A stretch of 24,000 nucleotides of DNA, taken from contig JAWKQR010000029.1 in assembly GCA_041390025.1 (NCBI GenBank), positions 5,787-29,786 on the forward strand, in the 5' to 3' direction. A model generated the notes under the pieces. It was not told the DNA's origin and made no database searches. It saw only the letters and a program-made list of their open reading frames with translations. The stretch comes from a bacterium. Its GTDB lineage: Bacteria > Myxococcota_A > Bradymonadia > Bradymonadales > Bradymonadaceae. Below are positions 19,347-24,000 of the stretch, piece after piece (position 1 is the first letter of the stretch; each line of letters starts with the position of its first letter). Position numbers and translations under genes: made by a program.

Positions 19347-21320
19347 ATGCAATTTTTGAAAAGCCATGGTCGGCGAATCGCCGGTTTCGTGATGACGCTC
19401 GTGGTGTTTGCGTTGGTACTGCCGCGCATGCAGGCGGACCCCGCGGTGGATGCCGAGATCACCGCACGAGTGGCCGCCCGCGAAGCCGCGACTGCCGTGG
19501 CCGAGGCGTACCCCGACGGACTCGAAGTTCACTACCAAGGCGCGCCGGAGCTAAAAACCGCGATTCTCGAGGAGTTGGGCCGCGGCCGGAATCTTTCCGA
19601 GTCTCCCAATGGCCCGATTTCGGTGACGTCCACCTTGGACGATTCCTTTGTTGGACTGAAGGTGTCGGCTCCCGCGATGGACTCTGCGTCCGAAGTCACG
19701 AAACGGCGTGGTCACTGGACGTCCGTGCTGCCGGCGCTTCTGGCCGTTTTGATCGCCATATTTTTCCGAAGCTTGGTTCCGGCACTGCTCGCTGCCGTGT
19801 GGATCGGCGGCTGGCTCGCGGCGGACACGGCATTGGCGGGCACCTACAAGGGCGCTGTTTTTGTGGGTTCGAGCCTCACGGGAGCGTTCAACCTCTACAT
19901 TATCGGGTTCACCATCGCTCTCGTCGGCATGGTTCAAGTGGTCACGCGTGCAGGCGGCGTCCGGGGTGTGCTGAGCGTCGTCACACGCTACGCCCGAACG
20001 AAACGGACCACCCGTGCCGCTACGGCGCTCATGGGGCTCGCGATCTTCTTCGACGACTACGCCAACACGATCGTCGTCGGCACGACAATGCGTCCCGTCA
20101 CCGATGCACAACGCATCAGCCGAGAAAAGCTCGCGTACATCGTCGATTCGACGAGCGCGCCCATCGCAGGTCTGGCGGTCATTAGCACGTGGATCGGCTA
20201 CGAAGTCGGCATTTTTGACGAGCTCAGCCGGCAGCTCTCGCTCGGCGCAAGCGGGTACGACATCTTCTTTGAAATCATGCCGTTGCGTTTCTACTGCCTC
20301 ACGACATTGATGTTTGTGATGGTCAACGCGCTTTGGGGGCGAGATTTTGGCCCCATGTTGACCGCGGAACGCCGCGCCGAATCGGGCCAGGTGTTGCGCG
20401 AAGGGGCAAAACCGCTGGCATCTGCCGGTCACACTGTGACCGAGCCCATCGAGGGCAAACCCCACCGCTGGTACAACGCGGTCGGTCCCGTTTCGTTTGT
20501 GCTGCTCTGCGTGTTTTTGACGATGTGGTGGTCGGGTTGGTCACACGGTGACCTCAGCATTCCCAATCTGATGGACGCGCCCGGTCAAGTGGCGTCGATG
20601 TTCATCGCGTCACTCTCGGATATGGGCAGCGCGGATGCGTGGCGCGACGCGTTCAGCAACGCCGACAACGCCAAGGCCCTGTTCTGGTCGAGCGTGCTGG
20701 GGTCTTTGTTGGCGATTGGCTTGGCCGTTGGGCAGCGCATCTTAACCGTGGTCGACGCCGCAAAAACATGGGCCGCGGCGCTTCCGGCGATGTGGTTGGC
20801 GATCGTGATTTTGGTGCTCGCTTGGTCTTTACGCGCGGTCTGCGACGACCTTGGGACAAGCATCTATTTGATGGGGGCCGTTCAGGATTTGATCACGCCA
20901 ATGGCGTTGCCCATCATCACGTTCCTGCTGGCCAGCGTTGTCGCATTTGCCACCGGAACGTCGTGGGGGACGATGGGGATCTTGTTGCCCGCGATCATCC
21001 CTTTGGCCGTTTTGGCATGTGCCGGTGAGCCGAACGGTCACCTGCTGATTATGCTGTGTTTTGGCGCCGTCTTGGATGGTGCCATCTTCGGAGACCACTG
21101 CTCGCCGATTTCAGACACCACGGTCATGAGCAGCATCGCGTCAGGCAGCGACCACCTCGACCACGTACGCACGCAAATGCCGTACGCCGTCGTCACGATG
21201 CTCATCGCGTCATGTGTTGGGTATCTGGGTGTCGCAGCGGGCGAGCCGATTTGGTTGGCTCACGCCGCCGCGTTGGGCTTGGTGGTCGCGGTGATGGGCG
21301 TGGTTGGTCGCCCACACTGA
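19347..21320 (+). CDS. NhaC-family Na+/H+ antiporter-like transporter with a ~130-aa N-terminal extension
   Basis: ATG 19347 (MQFLKSHGRRIAGFVMTLVVFALVL, a signal/TM-like start) is preferred over the TTG at 19335. The protein is polytopic and has the family-typical block MGLAIFFDDYANTIVVGTTMRPVTDAQRISREKLAYIVDSTSAPIAGLAVISTWIGYEV, and later GAIFGDHCSPISDTTVMSS. Confidence 0.8.
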   Translation: MQFLKSHGRRIAGFVMTLVVFALVLPRMQADPAVDAEITARVAAREAATAVAEAYPDGLEVHYQGAPELKTAILEELGRGRNLSESPNGPISVTSTLDDSFVGLKVSAPAMDSASEVTKRRGHWTSVLPALLAVLIAIFFRSLVPALLAAVWIGGWLAADTALAGTYKGAVFVGSSLTGAFNLYIIGFTIALVGMVQVVTRAGGVRGVLSVVTRYARTKRTTRAATALMGLAIFFDDYANTIVVGTTMRPVTDAQRISREKLAYIVDSTSAPIAGLAVISTWIGYEVGIFDELSRQLSLGASGYDIFFEIMPLRFYCLTTLMFVMVNALWGRDFGPMLTAERRAESGQVLREGAKPLASAGHTVTEPIEGKPHRWYNAVGPVSFVLLCVFLTMWWSGWSHGDLSIPNLMDAPGQVASMFIASLSDMGSADAWRDAFSNADNAKALFWSSVLGSLLAIGLAVGQRILTVVDAAKTWAAALPAMWLAIVILVLAWSLRAVCDDLGTSIYLMGAVQDLITPMALPIITFLLASVVAFATGTSWGTMGILLPAIIPLAVLACAGEPNGHLLIMLCFGAVLDGAIFGDHCSPISDTTVMSSIASGSDHLDHVRTQMPYAVVTMLIASCVGYLGVAAGEPIWLAHAAALGLVVAVMGVVGRPH

Positions 21321-21321
21321 A

Positions 21322-21759
21322 TCAGCTCAACCAAGCGCGCAGCATCCATGCATCTTGTTCATGCTGCTGCGCCAAGTCATCAAGCAAGTTGACCGTCGTG
21401 TCGTCGTTGGCCTTGTCCGCAAGTTTTCGGACTTCGTTGACGTAGGTGACGAGGTTGGTCAGGTCGCTACGCAGTTCCTCGACCATCACACCGGCCTGCG
21501 GAACCTCAAGTTGTTCCTTGACCCGACTCGCGTCCAGGAACTCTCGCATCGTCGATTTTGGGCGCCCACCAAGCGCGAGCACGCGCTCGGCGATGGCATC
21601 CACGTTGAGTGCCGATGCAGTGTACATCTCCTCAAACTTGGCGTGCAGTTGGAAGAACGCGGGCCCACGCACGTTCCAGTGGAAGTTTCTAAGTTTTTGA
21701 TAATAAACAGCTTCGTCTGCAAGTAGCTGATTGAGTGCGTCGATTTTTTCGGTATTCAT
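21322..21759 (-). CDS. dps: Dps-family DNA-protection / ferritin-like protein
   Basis: ATG 21759 is preceded by AAGGAG (reverse strand of ~21767-21772). The 145-aa product reads MNTEKIDALNQLLADEAVYYQKLRNFHWNVRGPAFFQLHAKFEEMY...LLDDLAQQHEQDAWMLRAWL, which includes the Dps ferroxidase-site pattern (H..W...G..F..LH..FEE and D....E). Its stop is 1 nt from the transporter stop (convergent). Confidence 0.9.
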   Translation of the reverse strand: MNTEKIDALNQLLADEAVYYQKLRNFHWNVRGPAFFQLHAKFEEMYTASALNVDAIAERVLALGGRPKSTMREFLDASRVKEQLEVPQAGVMVEELRSDLTNLVTYVNEVRKLADKANDDTTVNLLDDLAQQHEQDAWMLRAWLS

Positions 21760-21883
21760 GGCTTCTCCTTTTGTTCGCTGTGTTAGATGCAGACCACCCC
21801 GTCGAGGTTTCAAATCCGCGATTGCAGTTGAATCCGTAGATCGGTTGGGTTTAGGTTAGATGCACCATCCACGGAGGCACATT

Positions 21884-22225
21884 GTGAGTTTGCACGGAAG
21901 CAAGAACACCGCACGCACGCAGTCGAGTACGGTGACCACACCCGGCTCGGTCGCCGTCGAAATTCGAGGCCAAAAGCTTTCGATTCGCAGCGACAAAGAC
22001 CCCCGTCGCGTCGAAGAGCTCGCTGCGTTCATCGACACCAAGGCAGCTCAGCTCCAAGCGATGGCACCAGGCGTCCCGCTCGACAAGATTTTGATGCTCG
22101 TCAGCATGACTGTGGCCGAAGAACTCTTTGACGCCCGCGACCAAAACACACAGCTGCGCGAACAGATTAAGGCACGCGTGGATGCTGCCCTCAAGGCCGT
22201 CGAAGAGGCGGAACATCTGGGGTGA
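21884..22225 (+). CDS. zapA: Cell division protein ZapA
   Basis: GTG 21884 follows GGAGG at 21873-21877. ZapA-like core: VAVEIRGQKLSIRSDKDPRRVEELAAFIDTKAAQL...ILMLVSMTVAEELFDAR, followed by a coiled-coil tail. It sits directly upstream of 5-formyl-THF cyclo-ligase, which is the conserved zapA-ygfA synteny. Confidence 0.75.
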   Translation: MSLHGSKNTARTQSSTVTTPGSVAVEIRGQKLSIRSDKDPRRVEELAAFIDTKAAQLQAMAPGVPLDKILMLVSMTVAEELFDARDQNTQLREQIKARVDAALKAVEEAEHLG

Positions 22226-22764
22226 ACATCAGCGCCCATAAGGTTCGGTTACGCGCACAATTCAAGCGCAAACGCGAACGCCATCTCGATAAAGCGGCGC
22301 AACTCTCTGCCAGCCTTTGTCACATTCTCGAATCACTCGAACATCATGTGGTCGCCGTATACGCCGCGTTGCCCGGCGAGGCCGACCTGTCGTCCATCGT
22401 CGACACGTGGCTGGCCGAGGGTAGGATTGTCTTGTATCCGCGCGTCATCGGCAAAGGAACCATGGGGTTTGTGCGGGTGAGAAGTCGCAGTGAACTCTCC
22501 CCGGCCGCGTTTGGAATTCTTGAGCCCACCGGCGAAGTGTGGACGGGGTCTGTGGACGCCGTATTGGTGCCGGGTTTGGCGTTTGACCTCTACGGATACC
22601 GATTGGGCTTTGGCGGCGGTTACTATGACCGGTTTTTGCAGCCGCCCCGACCAAGCCGTGTCATCGGCGTTGGATTTGATTGGCAAATGGTTCGCAAACT
22701 GCCCACAGAACCCCACGATGTCGTGATGGACGCGGTTGTGACCGACCGACGCTGGTACGGCTGA
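22222..22764 (+). CDS. 5-formyltetrahydrofolate cyclo-ligase (MTHFS family)
   Basis: The GTG start overlaps the zapA stop (GTGA at 22222-22225). Family motifs: LYPRV...FGILEP...DAVLVPGLAFDLYGYRLGFGGGYYDRFL. Confidence 0.9.
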   Translation: MNISAHKVRLRAQFKRKRERHLDKAAQLSASLCHILESLEHHVVAVYAALPGEADLSSIVDTWLAEGRIVLYPRVIGKGTMGFVRVRSRSELSPAAFGILEPTGEVWTGSVDAVLVPGLAFDLYGYRLGFGGGYYDRFLQPPRPSRVIGVGFDWQMVRKLPTEPHDVVMDAVVTDRRWYG

Positions 22765-22883
22765 CGGTGACGTGACGTTGCGCCCTATCGATTTCTCACC
22801 CCAACGCTATCCAAGAGGTCACACCCGTATTCTGTTGGCCAAACCTTGATTTGAAACCTGATCGTTGGCGCGCAACTCGAACC

Positions 22884-23657
22884 ATGACACGCTACACATT
22901 CGTCGCACACAGGTCGCCTTTGCACAGGTCGTCTCCCAAATCAGCGGTGGTGCTGTTTACGCGCACCCCAAAAAACGAATCGAAAGGCATCGCGCGCCCT
23001 GCGTTGGCGCGTCGGATCCACCGCGCCATGATTCTTGATGCCATCCAGAAGATGGCCCAAGCCGACGATACCTGCAGTTTAATCGTCTCAACCGATGGCC
23101 CCCTTGATGCGCCGATCCAAGAGGTCTTGGAACAGCTGTGCACCCTAGGTCGCGACGTTCGGATCTTGGTCCAATCAGGCCGCACATTCGAACAACGGTT
23201 CCTTGGAACGTTGGATGCGGTTTTTGAACGCGGGTTCGAACGAGTCGTCGCGCTGGGTTCGGATACGCCGGCGTTCAGCGCCGCTGATGTCCGTTGTGCA
23301 TTGTTAAGCGACCAACTCACGGTTGGCCCCTCGCGCGACGGCGGTTTCTATTTGGTCGGACTTTCGGCCGACGAGGTCGGCCTTCTGCGCGGTCTGCCGT
23401 GGCGAACCACTGGCGTGTTCAAGTCGCTGTTCCAACGCGCTTGTCACATGACCGTTCTCTCCACGCGCGCCGATGTTGACTCGCCCCAAGACGCGAAGAC
23501 CCAGTGGACGTTGTTGTGTCGTCTCGTGGTCGAGCAGCTCGGGGAACTCCCCGATCACAATGTCCAGATTCCTTTCAAAGATTGTCCGCCGCCTCCTCAA
23601 GCCCCCCACCGGCTCCCGCGGCTGATGCGCGGTCCTCCTGTCATTTCGCTCGTCTGA
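22884..23657 (+). CDS. DUF2064 / TIGR04282-like GT-A-fold (MobA/CofC-like nucleotidyltransferase-like) protein
   Basis: ATG 22884 is preferred over the TTG at 22851. Pattern AVVLFTRTPKNESKG...QSGRTFEQRF...VVALGSDTPAFSAADV...TVGPSRDGGFYLVGL...LPWRTTGVF matches my memory of the DUF2064 layout (K.P.pG.vKTRL ... liGsD.P ... gPa.DGGyyLlG ... i.Wst..v). The match at the first motif is divergent. Confidence 0.65.
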   Translation: MTRYTFVAHRSPLHRSSPKSAVVLFTRTPKNESKGIARPALARRIHRAMILDAIQKMAQADDTCSLIVSTDGPLDAPIQEVLEQLCTLGRDVRILVQSGRTFEQRFLGTLDAVFERGFERVVALGSDTPAFSAADVRCALLSDQLTVGPSRDGGFYLVGLSADEVGLLRGLPWRTTGVFKSLFQRACHMTVLSTRADVDSPQDAKTQWTLLCRLVVEQLGELPDHNVQIPFKDCPPPPQAPHRLPRLMRGPPVISLV

Positions 23658-23723
23658 TTTTGCGCTCGCACCTGCGGGCAAAACCAACTTGCGAAGCCGA
23701 GCGATTCGGCGACAGGAGATTCT

Positions 23724-24000
23724 ATGAGTGACCCCAAGGCCACGGCATCTCGCCGTGGATTTTTGAAATTTGCGCTCGTCGGCACGGGCGCCGGCTTGCT
23801 CCAGGCGTGTGCACCAACTTCGCAAACCCCTGTTGGGCAAATCAAACCCGCAACACTTCGTCCGGTTGAACTGCCCAAAAGATTCGATTTTACAAAGGAC
23901 TCGGCCGCCCAAGGCGCGGACCAAGTTGTTAAATCAGCGTGTCAGTTCTGCAACGCGAATTGTGGGCTGAACGTCAACGTGAGGGCTGGGCGAGTGGTCG
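23724..24000 (+). CDS. Tat-exported molybdopterin (MopB-family) oxidoreductase catalytic subunit, 5' part only (runs off the window)
   Basis: ATG 23724 follows AGGAG at 23714-23718. Twin-arginine signal MSDPKATASRRGFLKFALVGTGAGLL, then the N-terminal Fe-S cysteine motif CQFCNANCG typical of formate-dehydrogenase / nitrate-reductase-type Mo enzymes. The frame stays open to the window end. It is not in the ORF track because no stop falls in the window. Confidence 0.75.
   Translation, partial: MSDPKATASRRGFLKFALVGTGAGLLQACAPTSQTPVGQIKPATLRPVELPKRFDFTKDSAAQGADQVVKSACQFCNANCGLNVNVRAGRVV

Noticed and set aside
22765-22883. Spacers around zapA and the cyclo-ligase examined for 6S RNA. The spacer at 23658..23723 was examined for a terminator hairpin (TTTTGC...GCAAAA).
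   Set aside because: The spacers are too short for a 6S RNA. The 23.66-kb element has only a 6-bp AT-rich stem with a 14-nt loop and no U-tract, so it is not a convincing intrinsic terminator.

Overview
The window joins two very different halves. Neither half contains rRNA, tRNA, CRISPR arrays, transposases or an obvious defence island.

(A) Positions 1 to ~12,566 are very GC-rich, about 70-78% on lines I counted by hand. They carry a classic chromosomal origin-region gene set: SAM-methyltransferase <- dnaA | rpmH-rnpA-yidD-yidC-jag-mnmE-mnmG-rsmG-parA. Consensus DnaA boxes lie in the dnaA/rpmH spacer. The first ~5.4 kb reads cleanly, with a single frameshift in dnaA. From ~5.4 kb to ~12.57 kb nearly every gene is broken by many small indels, yet the encoded peptides stay strongly conserved when followed from frame to frame. 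I read this as sequencing or assembly error rather than gene decay.

(B) Positions ~12,567 to 24,000 are about 52-63% GC on sampled lines, and every gene is intact. The genes are tetR-family regulator <-> lon, a lipoprotein, a 932-aa membrane protein, an NhaC-family transporter, dps, zapA, 5-formyl-THF cyclo-ligase, a DUF2064-like protein and the start of a Tat-exported molybdopterin oxidoreductase. The switch falls just after parA, with no parB, so a chimeric join is likely.

The most interesting biology is the 932-aa protein. It has an N-terminal zinc ribbon, a Pro-rich linker, one transmembrane helix and a C-terminal domain whose motifs match the Fam20/Four-jointed (PI4K-II-like) secretory kinases. 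It is translationally coupled to a lipoprotein gene.

All calls rest on reading the sequence and ORF translations and on remembered family motifs. No searches were run.
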